Positions 37,831 through 46,508 of a stretch of DNA of 64,000 bases are shown here, piece after piece. The notes under the pieces were generated by a model, which was given only the letters and a program-made list of their open reading frames with translations, was not told where the DNA came from and ran no database searches. Each line of letters begins with the position of its first letter. Within the stretch, counting starts at the first letter, position 1. Origin of the DNA: a virus; IMG/VR virus record IMGVR_UViG_3300037010_002464, one strand, 5' to 3'. A program made the translations under genes and the position numbers.

Positions 37831-39355
37831 GCTACCTATTTACCTTCTTACGGCGGAGCCTAAAAACTTTGTCCCTGTTCAGCTAAAAGCTGAAGCTGAA
37901 AAATTAGGCTATGAATGCACTATCATCGACATTCGCCACACCTTCATCGTCGAGACCACGGGTAAGTCCAAGGTCATGTACAAGGTGGATGACGACAAGC
38001 TGGCCGAGCTGAAGCCGCCGTTTGCATGCATCCCGCGCCTTAACGAGCACCACATCATGTACAAGCTGAACGTGCTTAACCGGCTTGTGGCCGACGGCGC
38101 GTACATGGTCAACACGCCCGAAGCCATGGGTCTGTGTAATGACAAGCTAGGTTCGCAGGTCGCCTTGAACTCCGCCGGAATCCAGACACCGTACAGCACA
38201 GTCATCGGCTCGCTTGACATGCTCGACCTCACCTTGAAGCAGGTTGAGGAGGACGGTCAGCTGAAGTTCCCGATGATCATCAAGACGCTGCGCGGCACGC
38301 ACGGCATCGGCGTTATGAAGGTCGACTCGAAGTCCTCCCTCGTCTCAGTCGCTCAGGCGTTCCTCGCCAACAGCGGCTCCGAGGTGATGCTGCAGGAGTT
38401 CATCGAGCACAAGGAGTCCCTTCGCATCATCATGATCGGCGATGACCTGCTGGCGGCTAACCGTCGTGGTCAGCCGAAGGAGAAGGACGAGTTTCGCACC
38501 AACTCGCACTTGGGCTCCGAGACTGAGAAGTACGAGCCTAACGAGGAGGAGCTGGCGCTCGCTCGCAAGATCGTTGAGCTGTTTGGCGCCCGCTTCTGCG
38601 CGATCGACTATATCCAGCACAATGGCCAGCTAATCGTGCTCGAAGTCAACGGCTCGCCAGGCCTCGAAGCCATCCAGAAGAACTGGGAGGACAAGAACCT
38701 GCCTGAGGCTGTGATCAAGGGCTTGGTTAAGCTGTCAGGCAAGCATGATGCTCCGTTCGTCCCGGGCTCAGGCGAACCGGCGGTGGTCGACGGCATATAC
38801 GACGGTATTCCCGTCTCTGAGCCGAAGATCGCTCCTGAGATCGAACCAGCGGTTCCTAACGGCATTGAGGGTTCCCTCGACGTGCCGCACAATGACGCGC
38901 CGGTGCAAGTAACCCCGAATGTCAACGGTGACCAACCGCTTGGCGACACTGAGCAGCTGGTCATCGTCCGGCTTGCGGACCAAGGCATGCATGCACGAGT
39001 GGACACCGGTGCGGCGTTCTGTTCACTGCACGCCGAAGACGTGGGTGAAACTGGCGGCTGGGTCAAGTTCAAGCGCGACGGCATCACCTACCGCGTGTCG
39101 GTTGACCGTCATGTCAAGATCCGGAACGCTCACGGTAAGTCAACTCGGCCGTTGATCAAGCTTGACATCATCCTGCGGGGTGTCCGCTACAACCAGGTTG
39201 AGTTCTCAGTCACCTCTCGTGCTGACATGAAGTATGACGCTTTGATCGGTCGCAACCTGTTGAAGATCGCAGGCATCCCTGTGCTCGTACCGAATGACGA
39301 TAACCAACGGGCGGCCGACTTGCCACCGTCGGACATCGAGGTCGAAGAGGAATGA
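37829..39355 (+). CDS. rimK: RimK-type ATP-grasp ligase fused to a RimB-like retropepsin protease
   Basis: CNDK, IIKT--GTHGIGV, LQEFI, FRTNSHLG, LEVNGSPG; C-terminal ARVDTGA--CSLHA, RP-I, LIGRN. Confidence 0.9.
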   Translation: MLPIYLLTAEPKNFVPVQLKAEAEKLGYECTIIDIRHTFIVETTGKSKVMYKVDDDKLAELKPPFACIPRLNEHHIMYKLNVLNRLVADGAYMVNTPEAMGLCNDKLGSQVALNSAGIQTPYSTVIGSLDMLDLTLKQVEEDGQLKFPMIIKTLRGTHGIGVMKVDSKSSLVSVAQAFLANSGSEVMLQEFIEHKESLRIIMIGDDLLAANRRGQPKEKDEFRTNSHLGSETEKYEPNEEELALARKIVELFGARFCAIDYIQHNGQLIVLEVNGSPGLEAIQKNWEDKNLPEAVIKGLVKLSGKHDAPFVPGSGEPAVVDGIYDGIPVSEPKIAPEIEPAVPNGIEGSLDVPHNDAPVQVTPNVNGDQPLGDTEQLVIVRLADQGMHARVDTGAAFCSLHAEDVGETGGWVKFKRDGITYRVSVDRHVKIRNAHGKSTRPLIKLDIILRGVRYNQVEFSVTSRADMKYDALIGRNLLKIAGIPVLVPNDDNQRAADLPPSDIEVEEE

Positions 39356-39827
39356 AGCTGCAAGCCTTGCTTGAAGACGGTAGCCTGCGTAAGCGAGTCG
39401 CTCAAGTTTCAGCAGCTAGTGCTCGAGCACGTGCATGACGCCGATGTCAAGCTAAAGGCGAGCGCGAGGTGGAGGGACGAGTACATCACCCTCACTATTA
39501 AGCATGCTTTCCTTAACTGCAAGGTATTCATCCAGCCGACTGAAGTGGGATGGAGCACAACGGCACAGAGTCGTACATCGGCGACGGTAGCGACTTCGCA
39601 CGGCTTTGCGTGACGTGCGTGACGTGACTGAGACCAGCGTGTTTCTAAACGATCGGGTCCTCACGCTTGAAGTTGTCTACAACGGCGAGCGTGACGAGAA
39701 GTCGCTCCATATGAAGTGGAATGAAGATACCCAGTGCTTTGTCGATGAAGACGGCGACGAGCTGTCTGACGTAGCCGATGTCATCAAGCACATCGAAGGC
39801 AAGATCAGCCGGCGAGGTCGCGGATGA
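39352..39827 (+). pseudogene. MKL/LKFQQ-family gene, frameshifted or fragmented
   Basis: MKLQALLEDGSLRK (ATG 39352) is out of frame with ESLKFQQLVLE; 39606..39827 may be a further fragment. Confidence 0.55.
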
Positions 39828-40075
39828 AGCTAGGACACCTGCTCGAAGCGCCAAAGCCTGCCCATGACATTCGTGTAGATTCGCTGAAGCTTCAACAGCT
39901 AATCATCGACAACGAGTACGGCGCTGACCTTGACGCTAAGATGAATAGCATGGGTGGGATGCATGTCACCCTGCCCAACCTTGTTGACGAGCTCATTTGG
40001 CATAACGCTCACTCATTTCATGGCCAGGTCTGGTCATCATGCTACAAACAGCCGGATCTTAGGCTTAGCGCCTGA
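39824..40075 (+). CDS. MKL/LKLQQ-family small protein, possibly truncated
   Basis: MKLGHLLEAPKPAHDIRVDSLKLQQLIID. Confidence 0.6.
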   Translation: MKLGHLLEAPKPAHDIRVDSLKLQQLIIDNEYGADLDAKMNSMGGMHVTLPNLVDELIWHNAHSFHGQVWSSCYKQPDLRLSA

Positions 40076-40183
40076 AGCCGCGATGCAGCTTTTCTTGCCC
40101 GAGGCATTTGGGTTGAAGCTTAAGCAGCAATCTGCACAGCTACTACGGCTCGAAGCATGATATCTACCTTCGGCCTCAACGAG

Positions 40184-40330
40184 CTAACAAGCATTTCCCA
40201 GTGTCAGTCGTAATCGAGTGGGATGGCATAATGCTAGCAGCGAAAGCAACACCGTCTTCGTGTTCAATTCAGGGTCTTCGATCAGCAGCTGTTGAAGCTT
40301 AAGAGCGCTTGTCCGAATCTCTCGAGCCGT
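40184..40330 (-). pseudogene. LKLQQ-family remnant lacking its start
   Basis: AREIRTSALKLQQLLIED read in an alternative frame across the end of 40299..40820. Confidence 0.4.
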
Positions 40331-40820
40331 AGCTGAGGTAGTCGACGTAGGTGTGCTGGAACTTGACGCGGTTGAAGACGTCATTGCCTACTTTTCGCTT
40401 GATGTCAACGATATCAGTCAGCTCGAGAGCCGTGTCTGAGCCGACGAGCTTGACCTGCAGCGACTTGGTCGCGTTACCTCGTGCGTGCAAGCGAAGGTCC
40501 TTAACCTCAGCCTCAACCCGTTCTTCGTCATAGTCGGTCTCGACCAAGGTGTAGACAACGGTGTCGCCTGGCTGTGGCAGGTTAAAGGAGCGCTTCAGCG
40601 GGCCCAGCGCTTCGAGGAGCTTCGAGCTCTCGTCATACTGGACCTTGACGCCGTTGATTTCAACCACGTCTGCAAAGAAAGCGGCACGAGAGCCGTCAGG
40701 CAACGGCTCCTTGACATACACCGCGGGCTGGGTCTTGAGGCTCGTGTAGGAGCTGACCACGTGCACGCCGTCTTGGCCGAGCAGCTTGATCTTGTCATTC
40801 TTCACGAGTGCTACAAGCAT
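40299..40820 (-). CDS. Hypothetical protein
   Basis: TAATG-coupled ORF. Confidence 0.7.
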   Translation of the reverse strand: MLVALVKNDKIKLLGQDGVHVVSSYTSLKTQPAVYVKEPLPDGSRAAFFADVVEINGVKVQYDESSKLLEALGPLKRSFNLPQPGDTVVYTLVETDYDEERVEAEVKDLRLHARGNATKSLQVKLVGSDTALELTDIVDIKRKVGNDVFNRVKFQHTYVDYLSYGSRDSDKRS

Positions 40821-41044
40821 TACTCAGCTCCGGCGGTGTCGTCGACAACAGGCGTGGCCGTATCGATGGTCTCAGGCCCTGCCGTGCCCATGATGCGGGC
40901 TTTCATCTTGGACTGTAGCACGTTGCTGATGATCGATTGTGCGTTGCCTTCAGGGTCACCCTTGATGGTAGCGTTGATGAAGTTGCGCAGGGCGGCTTTG
41001 GTTTCTTCTGGAGTCATATGTTCCCAACGGTTAGGTTGTGCCAC
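40820..41044 (-). CDS. Small late protein (prohead-core-like)
   Basis: TAAATA at 41046; short helical protein with an acidic tail. Confidence 0.5.
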   Translation of the reverse strand: MAQPNRWEHMTPEETKAALRNFINATIKGDPEGNAQSIISNVLQSKMKARIMGTAGPETIDTATPVVDDTAGAE

Positions 41045-41056
41045 CTATTTACCTCC

Positions 41057-41509
41057 TCAAGGAAGCGTCTGCTTCACCACGGCTTGCAACTCACCGGCAA
41101 GCTGCCGTAGGTGCTCAGCATTGAACCGCTCCTGGCCTCCAGTAGGCCGCGGGTTGCTGGCCAAGAAGAGCAGTCCTTCGATGATCGTCCGATTGCAGTC
41201 GTTGACCCACTGGACACGGGAGCTTTCATGAACGCCATGCCGACATGCTTCGAGCGCCGAGTTCCAGCCTCGAACAAAGCCTTCGCGCTCCTCGTTCGGC
41301 GGGACAAAGATTGTCCGCGCAGGCGATGACACCTTGGCCGGCCACTTGACAGCCAGCACCAAGCCGCGCTTTGCTGCGAGGCAATCGAGCCTTGCGTCCT
41401 CGAGCTGGCGAGTCAGCAGGCGCACCTGAGCCTCAAGCTCTTCGATCTTGTGCTTTGCTGCAATGGGTGACTCGCTATGAGGTGGGCCTTCAATGGGTAG
41501 CACGAACAT
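41057..41509 (-). CDS. Hypothetical protein
   Basis: AAGGAGG RBS; GF-RGWN-ALE motif. Confidence 0.65.
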   Translation of the reverse strand: MFVLPIEGPPHSESPIAAKHKIEELEAQVRLLTRQLEDARLDCLAAKRGLVLAVKWPAKVSSPARTIFVPPNEEREGFVRGWNSALEACRHGVHESSRVQWVNDCNRTIIEGLLFLASNPRPTGGQERFNAEHLRQLAGELQAVVKQTLP

Positions 41510-41519
41510 GTGACCTCCT

Positions 41520-42032
41520 TTAACGGCAGTCGGCAGGCTCTGCCTTGACCGTGTACAGAATCAGCTGGCGGTTGACCGCCAAAGCCAAGCTGGTGGAGCT
41601 AGTGACCTTGACGATGACATCGCTGATCTCATTCCAGTCCCCGCCCGCCCGCCCGGCGCCGATCATTGGGAACAGCAGCGGCAGGCTGCCTGCGGAGATG
41701 CCGCTGCAGTACTCGTGCATGCTCATCATATACAGCGTCTTGCTGAAGCATTCAGCCAAGCCCTGCATGTCGAGCGGGTTCGGGCCGCCCAGCGTTTGGG
41801 TGACGGCGTTGACGATGAACAGCTCTGGGTTGTGCTGATAGAACGAGCAGGTGCCGATCTTCAAACCGAGCAGCTGCTCGGTTTGCTTGTAGACGGCGTA
41901 GGCGCCAGGGTAGCGGTTACGCACGCCGGCGGCGACGCCTGACCCCATGACACCCTTGTCATTGCAGCCGTGGATGATGAAGCCGCGAGGTGCGGATAGC
42001 AGGTCATCCTCGACGGTGAAGAATTTTTTCAT
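41520..42032 (-). CDS. Macro-domain (ADP-ribose processing) protein
   Basis: DL, HGCN--GVMGSGVA, N-VTQ, FPMIGAG-AGGDW. Confidence 0.9.
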   Translation of the reverse strand: MKKFFTVEDDLLSAPRGFIIHGCNDKGVMGSGVAAGVRNRYPGAYAVYKQTEQLLGLKIGTCSFYQHNPELFIVNAVTQTLGGPNPLDMQGLAECFSKTLYMMSMHEYCSGISAGSLPLLFPMIGAGRAGGDWNEISDVIVKVTSSTSLALAVNRQLILYTVKAEPADCR

Positions 42033-42754
42033 GATGTCCTAACTGAACAGAACAGGTTGAGCAGCTCGCGCTGCCAGTCGGCGGTGGGAACTTTGACGTG
42101 CTCATACACAAGCGCTTGCAAGGCTTCACCGTTGCAGAATGGGTCACGATGAGCGCGTTGTGCAAAGCGAAGGAGCTCATCCTTCAAGGCTTCATTGCCG
42201 CTTTGCCGAGCCTCGCCCTTCTTGCGACTGCGCACAACGCCTGGGATGAGCTCAGCCGCAGCGAGCGCCACAGCTACAGGGTAGCGAGGCGGTTCGGTGT
42301 GCATGTAGAAGTCCAGGCTTTCGCGTGCCACGGTCAAGTGAGCGTCATAGCTGAAGATCGGCTTGACTTGCAGCAGCTTGCGTAAGTTAGTCAGCTCAGG
42401 CGACACCACCTTCATGTACCAGAAGGCGGGATTCTTGCCGGACCATGGTGTGCGTTGCAGGGTAGTTGGGTCGAGCTCGACCGTGATTTGGCTGTTGACA
42501 ACCTGCTTGCACCGCTCTTCGTCAAAGCGGTCACCGTTGCCGCGGACCACCGTGATGTGGGTGCCGAACATTGGCTCAAGCAGGTTGCACCATGGGCCAT
42601 GCTCAAGCTCTATGAGCTTGGCATAGTAGCGAGCCAGCTCACGGTGCTTCTTCCCTGGGAGGTCCAGGATCAAGGTCTTGAGCTTGCCGGTCTTGCGGAA
42701 GTCCGCGCCGCGGTCAGGCTCGAAGACGAGGTTGCCGGTAACTTTCATGTTCAT
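42029..42754 (-). CDS. 2H phosphoesterase-family protein
   Basis: Two HxT motifs (THITVV, AHLTVA) about 75 aa apart, with S-EL--LR between them. Confidence 0.65.
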   Translation of the reverse strand: MNMKVTGNLVFEPDRGADFRKTGKLKTLILDLPGKKHRELARYYAKLIELEHGPWCNLLEPMFGTHITVVRGNGDRFDEERCKQVVNSQITVELDPTTLQRTPWSGKNPAFWYMKVVSPELTNLRKLLQVKPIFSYDAHLTVARESLDFYMHTEPPRYPVAVALAAAELIPGVVRSRKKGEARQSGNEALKDELLRFAQRAHRDPFCNGEALQALVYEHVKVPTADWQRELLNLFCSVRTS

Positions 42755-42780
42755 AAGTATTCAACTTGCCGATAGGTATA

Positions 42781-42809
42781 ATAGTACACCCTATCGAGCA
42801 AGTTGTAAA
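42781..42809 (-). promoter_or_regulatory. Sigma70-like promoter inside an inverted repeat
   Basis: TTTACA-N17-TACTAT; IR 42762-42776/42790-42805. Confidence 0.65.
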
Positions 42810-42812
42810 CAC

Positions 42813-43640
42813 TTAGAGTGGCCTCAATTTCGGCTCACCACCGTTGAAGAACTCGGCCACGTTGTCTAGCTGGTGGATGCTGAGCCATTGAGTATCAACG
42901 CGGACCTCATGCCTGGTCACAGGCTCGCCGGCGGCCGGACGCTTGGCCAAAGGGATGCGCTGTCGAACCTCCTCGTCCAGCGGCTTGAGGAAGGAGACAT
43001 GCCGCAGGTAGGCGCCGTTAGTGTAGGTAGGTGGCAGGCTCTCCCAGTCGAAGCCTCGCTCCTTGAGCAGCTCACGACGGTCTTGCATGCTGATGCCATG
43101 CAGCTCACGCTCAGGCGCAACGACACGGGCTGCGGTGCTCACAGCGTTCTTGACCGCGTCCTTCTCACGCCAGGTAAAAGCGTCCAACACGTCCAGCTCC
43201 GTGGGCACCTCCCACATGCGGCAGTCAAAGGCCGGCGGCTCGTTGAGCTCCAAGTAGCGAGTCGGGTCAGTCCGCATCAGGGTATCGAGGAATCGGCCAG
43301 TGAAGGTCGCCGACAGCAGGCTCACGTTCTTCTGCTCACGCATGTTGAACTCGAGCTTGTCACGATGCCAGCAGAAGGTGGCTTCATCAGACTGCACATA
43401 GGCCAAGCGCGGCCGCATCTTTGTGAAGGTACCGGCCGTAGCCTGAATCATGGCTTCGAGGATCCAGGAGTCGACGGGCTTCTGCATGCCCTTTGTGAAG
43501 GTGCTGAATGTACGGCCGTCAACGCGCGCGACAACCCACTCCCAGTCTTGGACAAGCGAGACTCCCGGACGAAAGAAGGAGCGCTCATTAGCCAAGCCCT
43601 CGTAGGCTTTGACCCGGTCACCGAGTGCGTCTGTTTTCAT
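42813..43640 (-). CDS. thg1: tRNA(His) guanylyltransferase Thg1-like 3'-5' polymerase
   Basis: RVK-YE, VARVDGRTFSTFT, YVQSDE, FDCR, WRE-DA-KN. Confidence 0.92.
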   Translation of the reverse strand: MKTDALGDRVKAYEGLANERSFFRPGVSLVQDWEWVVARVDGRTFSTFTKGMQKPVDSWILEAMIQATAGTFTKMRPRLAYVQSDEATFCWHRDKLEFNMREQKNVSLLSATFTGRFLDTLMRTDPTRYLELNEPPAFDCRMWEVPTELDVLDAFTWREKDAVKNAVSTAARVVAPERELHGISMQDRRELLKERGFDWESLPPTYTNGAYLRHVSFLKPLDEEVRQRIPLAKRPAAGEPVTRHEVRVDTQWLSIHQLDNVAEFFNGGEPKLRPL

Positions 43641-44149
43641 TCGAGAGAGTCCAAGTAGTCGTTGTAGGCACGGTGCGCCGAGCGAAGCACGAGCGGCCGC
43701 AGCTTGAGCTTTGACCGCACGTTCTTTGTAGTAAGCTTGCCGGAGCTTAACTTCGTTGCGCCAGAAGGTGTCAACCTTCTTCTGACGCTCTTCGCGCCAG
43801 TGTCGATGAAGTAGCTCTTCCCTACGCGCTCGATGACCTTCATCGCTTCGAATGGGTCAGAGCCGCCGTAGTCGTCCTCGCTGTCCGGGGTGACCGTGAC
43901 AGAGATGGCCATGAGGCCAGCGCCCGCGTCAAATGAGACAGCTAAGGCTGCAGAGTCCTCGTTGCGGAGGAGGTTGTAGCGACCTACGACACGGGTGAAC
44001 CGAGGAGCCTGCTTGATCGGATGATGCTTGGCTTGGAGCATGCGCAGCTGCTCCTTGAACTTGTCACCCTTCGGGACGCCGCTGCCCTGCTCGATGCCGA
44101 AGTCGCACCAGGAATCCGAGCTCACTTGTTGAGTGTCTTCTTGAGCCAT
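43637..44149 (-). CDS. Hypothetical protein
   Basis: Coupled ORF within the cluster. Confidence 0.6.
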   Translation of the reverse strand: MAQEDTQQVSSDSWCDFGIEQGSGVPKGDKFKEQLRMLQAKHHPIKQAPRFTRVVGRYNLLRNEDSAALAVSFDAGAGLMAISVTVTPDSEDDYGGSDPFEAMKVIERVGKSYFIDTGAKSVRRRLTPSGATKLSSGKLTTKNVRSKLKLRPLVLRSAHRAYNDYLDSLE

Positions 44150-44481
44150 GCTTCACCACCTTTAGCTTGCAGCTTTTCGTGTTGCCGATAGGTGAGCTCG
44201 GTCGTAAAAGTGACCGTGCTCTTGGTTGTACGGCACCCCCGCTCCCGCAGCGTACCCATTGCCTCGTTGATCAGCTTGACGTAGTCGCCGACGGTCTTCA
44301 CATTCTCGATGTCATCGTCGCTGAGCTCGATACGAAACTCGTCTTCGACAGCCATGACCAGCTCAACCGCATCGAGGCTGTCCAGCATACCGTCGGCTTT
44401 GAGCTTCGAGAGCTGGGTATCAGGCGCTAGCTTAAGCACCTCCTCTGAGTAGCCGGTCTGCTCAAGATGGTCTTGAGCTAG
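44122..44481 (-). CDS. Acyl carrier protein-like (start uncertain)
   Basis: [28 protein letters not shown]; frame open up to the ArfA stop at 44482. Confidence 0.8.
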   Translation of the reverse strand, partial: LAQDHLEQTGYSEEVLKLAPDTQLSKLKADGMLDSLDAVELVMAVEDEFRIELSDDDIENVKTVGDYVKLINEAMGTLRERGCRTTKSTVTFTTELTYRQHEKLQAKGGEAWLKKTLNK

Positions 44482-44655
44482 TCAGGTGAGAGAGTCGTCA
44501 TCTGGAATTGCCTTCTTGCGTTCGAATGAGCCCTTACCCTTGCGCTGCCGTTGGATGCGCTGCCGGTACTTGGGCGTTAGCAGGTCACGCGCGATCGGGT
44601 CACGCGGCCTTTGAATCGGGATGACGAGGGTGTTCTCGTCCTTCTCATCAGCCAT
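44482..44655 (-). CDS. arfA: Alternative ribosome-rescue factor A-like (57 aa)
   Basis: Translated by hand: ...DPIARDLLTPKYRQRIQRQRKGKGSFERKK...; missed by the ORF track. Confidence 0.85.
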   Translation of the reverse strand: MADEKDENTLVIPIQRPRDPIARDLLTPKYRQRIQRQRKGKGSFERKKAIPDDDSLT

Positions 44656-45703
44656 GATGATAGACCTTGGTCAAGGCTTCGATGCGAGCATGCTTGAGAG
44701 CCAGGCCGATCTCCTTGCCAGGCAGGCCCAGGAACGGCTCGGCCAGCACGCCGTTGACTGCCTTAACGCCTTGCTCCAGGAGCTCGAGCTCAACAGGATC
44801 TGTGAACACCATGGCTCGACGCACTTGCGCCCACAGGCCACGGGTGGCTCCGGTTTGCTGCATGTCATCGAGCAGGCTGACAGGATTTGAGCGATCCCAT
44901 TTGCGAGTGATCACGTCAAAGGCCTTGACGGTCCCGCCAGGCAGGCCGCGTGCAGCGGCCTCGGTGATACGGTTGACGGCACCACCATGCTTGATCAGCC
45001 AAGCCAGCACTAAGTCAGGCTCTCGAGTCTTGTTGAGCAAAGCTTGGGTGAAGTCGGCGTCCATCGTGCGTAAAGCAGCAAGGCCTTTGACACGGCCGAA
45101 GGCCTTCATGACATAGAGCACCCTGAAGAAACGCATCGGGTCCGGCGTCTCCAAGGCTTTGACCAGCTCAGCCCAGATCCGCTCTTGGGACAGCTCGTTC
45201 AGCTGGCCGTGCTTGATCATGTCCTCGCACAGCTCGATAGTTTCGACGGCGATGTCAAAGTCCGGAAACTTGCCAGCGAAGCGGGCCAGCCGCAGGACAC
45301 GGAGCGGATCCTCGCAAAAGGCTTTGCTCGTGTGCCTCAACACCTTGACTTGTAGGTCACGCCTGCCACTGTAAGGGTCAACCAGCTCCCCTGTCTTCGT
45401 GTGCTTGGCCATCGAGTTGATGGTCAAGTCACGGCGGGCCAGGTCATCCTCAATCGTGACGGTGGGCGCGGCGTCAACCTCGAAGCCGTGATAGCCAACA
45501 GCCACCTTGCGTTCGATTCGAGCCAGCGCCCATTGGTCGCCGTTCTGTGGGTGCAAGAACACCGGAAAGTCGGCGCCGACCTTCTCAAAGCCGAGCTTCA
45601 ACATCTCGGCCTCGGTGGCGCCGGTGACCACGTAGTCATGGTCCGAAGGTGTCAAGCCCAGCAGCTCGTCACGGACTGAGCCGCCCACAGCGTAAACTTC
45701 CAT
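44648..45703 (-). CDS. cca: tRNA nucleotidyltransferase (CCA-adding, class II, no HD domain seen)
   Basis: VGGSVRD-LLG, DHDYVV, VGADFPVF, ALAR-ERK, DL-RRDLTIN, EDPLRVLR-ARF, ER-W-E. Confidence 0.93.
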   Translation of the reverse strand: MEVYAVGGSVRDELLGLTPSDHDYVVTGATEAEMLKLGFEKVGADFPVFLHPQNGDQWALARIERKVAVGYHGFEVDAAPTVTIEDDLARRDLTINSMAKHTKTGELVDPYSGRRDLQVKVLRHTSKAFCEDPLRVLRLARFAGKFPDFDIAVETIELCEDMIKHGQLNELSQERIWAELVKALETPDPMRFFRVLYVMKAFGRVKGLAALRTMDADFTQALLNKTREPDLVLAWLIKHGGAVNRITEAAARGLPGGTVKAFDVITRKWDRSNPVSLLDDMQQTGATRGLWAQVRRAMVFTDPVELELLEQGVKAVNGVLAEPFLGLPGKEIGLALKHARIEALTKVYHHG

Positions 45704-45728
45704 GTCAGCCTCCGTTAGTATTGTACGG

Positions 45729-45757
45729 ATTGTACACCAGGAAGGCGCTGGTGTAAA
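45729..45757 (-). promoter_or_regulatory. Sigma70-like promoter for cca
   Basis: TTTACA-N17-TACAAT; flanked by a 10-bp IR 45708-45717/45767-45776. Confidence 0.7.
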
Positions 45758-45805
45758 TCACTTCTGTAACGGAGGCGCCCCCGAGACGGGCTCACGCCTG
45801 TCATC

Positions 45806-46381
45806 TCAGTCCCCGTGGTGCTTTGAGAAAGCCCGGGGCGCCATTAGAGCCTTGAGCTCCTCATAGGAGATGGGCGCATAGTTCATGCCTGGCGCGTCCA
45901 CGCCGATGTCCTGGATCTTGCCGCCCCAGGGGTGAATGGTCGTGCCATGACAGTGGCCGTGCAGCATCCAGGCTCCGTGGTGGCCGGACTCCCAGGTCAG
46001 CTCAGGCGTGTGGTTGAGCGTGATCTGCTGACGGTTGTACTTGCCCACGCCCTGGTCAGGAATGTTGATCACGCGCTTCTTCTCGATCAGCTCGAAGTAA
46101 GCGTGCAGCTGCTTGTTATCCTCGATGACCGAGTCGTGGTTGCCGAGGATCAAGCGCTTCTTGCCGTTGAGCCGGCACAGGATGTTCTCAGCCTTGACAG
46201 CTGGGAGGAAGGCAAAGTCGCCCAGATGCCAAACGATGTCATTCGGCTTGACCCGAGCATTCCATTTTTCGATCAACGCTTCGTTCATCTCGTTGACGTT
46301 ACCGAAAGGGCGCTTCGAGTACTTGATGACGTTGGCGTGTCCGAAGTGGGTGTCGGACGTGAAGAAGAGTGTCTGTGTCAT
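45806..46381 (-). CDS. Calcineurin-like metallophosphoesterase
   Basis: SDTHFGH, LGDF, GNHD, H-P, HGHCH. Confidence 0.9.
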   Translation of the reverse strand: MTQTLFFTSDTHFGHANVIKYSKRPFGNVNEMNEALIEKWNARVKPNDIVWHLGDFAFLPAVKAENILCRLNGKKRLILGNHDSVIEDNKQLHAYFELIEKKRVINIPDQGVGKYNRQQITLNHTPELTWESGHHGAWMLHGHCHGTTIHPWGGKIQDIGVDAPGMNYAPISYEELKALMAPRAFSKHHGD

Positions 46382-46508
46382 GATGTTATTATGATGCGCT
46401 CGAACCAGATGCCGAGCGTTGTTGACCTGCGCTCAACTTCGAGCTGCAAGTGGTTGGGCAGGTCAGTGACGTGATGCACGATGACATACTCGTTGGGCTC
46501 TCGCTTGG

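Noticed and set aside
41520-46381. tRNA genes near the tRNA-processing enzymes
   Set aside because: No cloverleaf with T-loop and acceptor stem found by eye in the intergenic gaps; tRNAscan-SE would be needed to exclude them fully.
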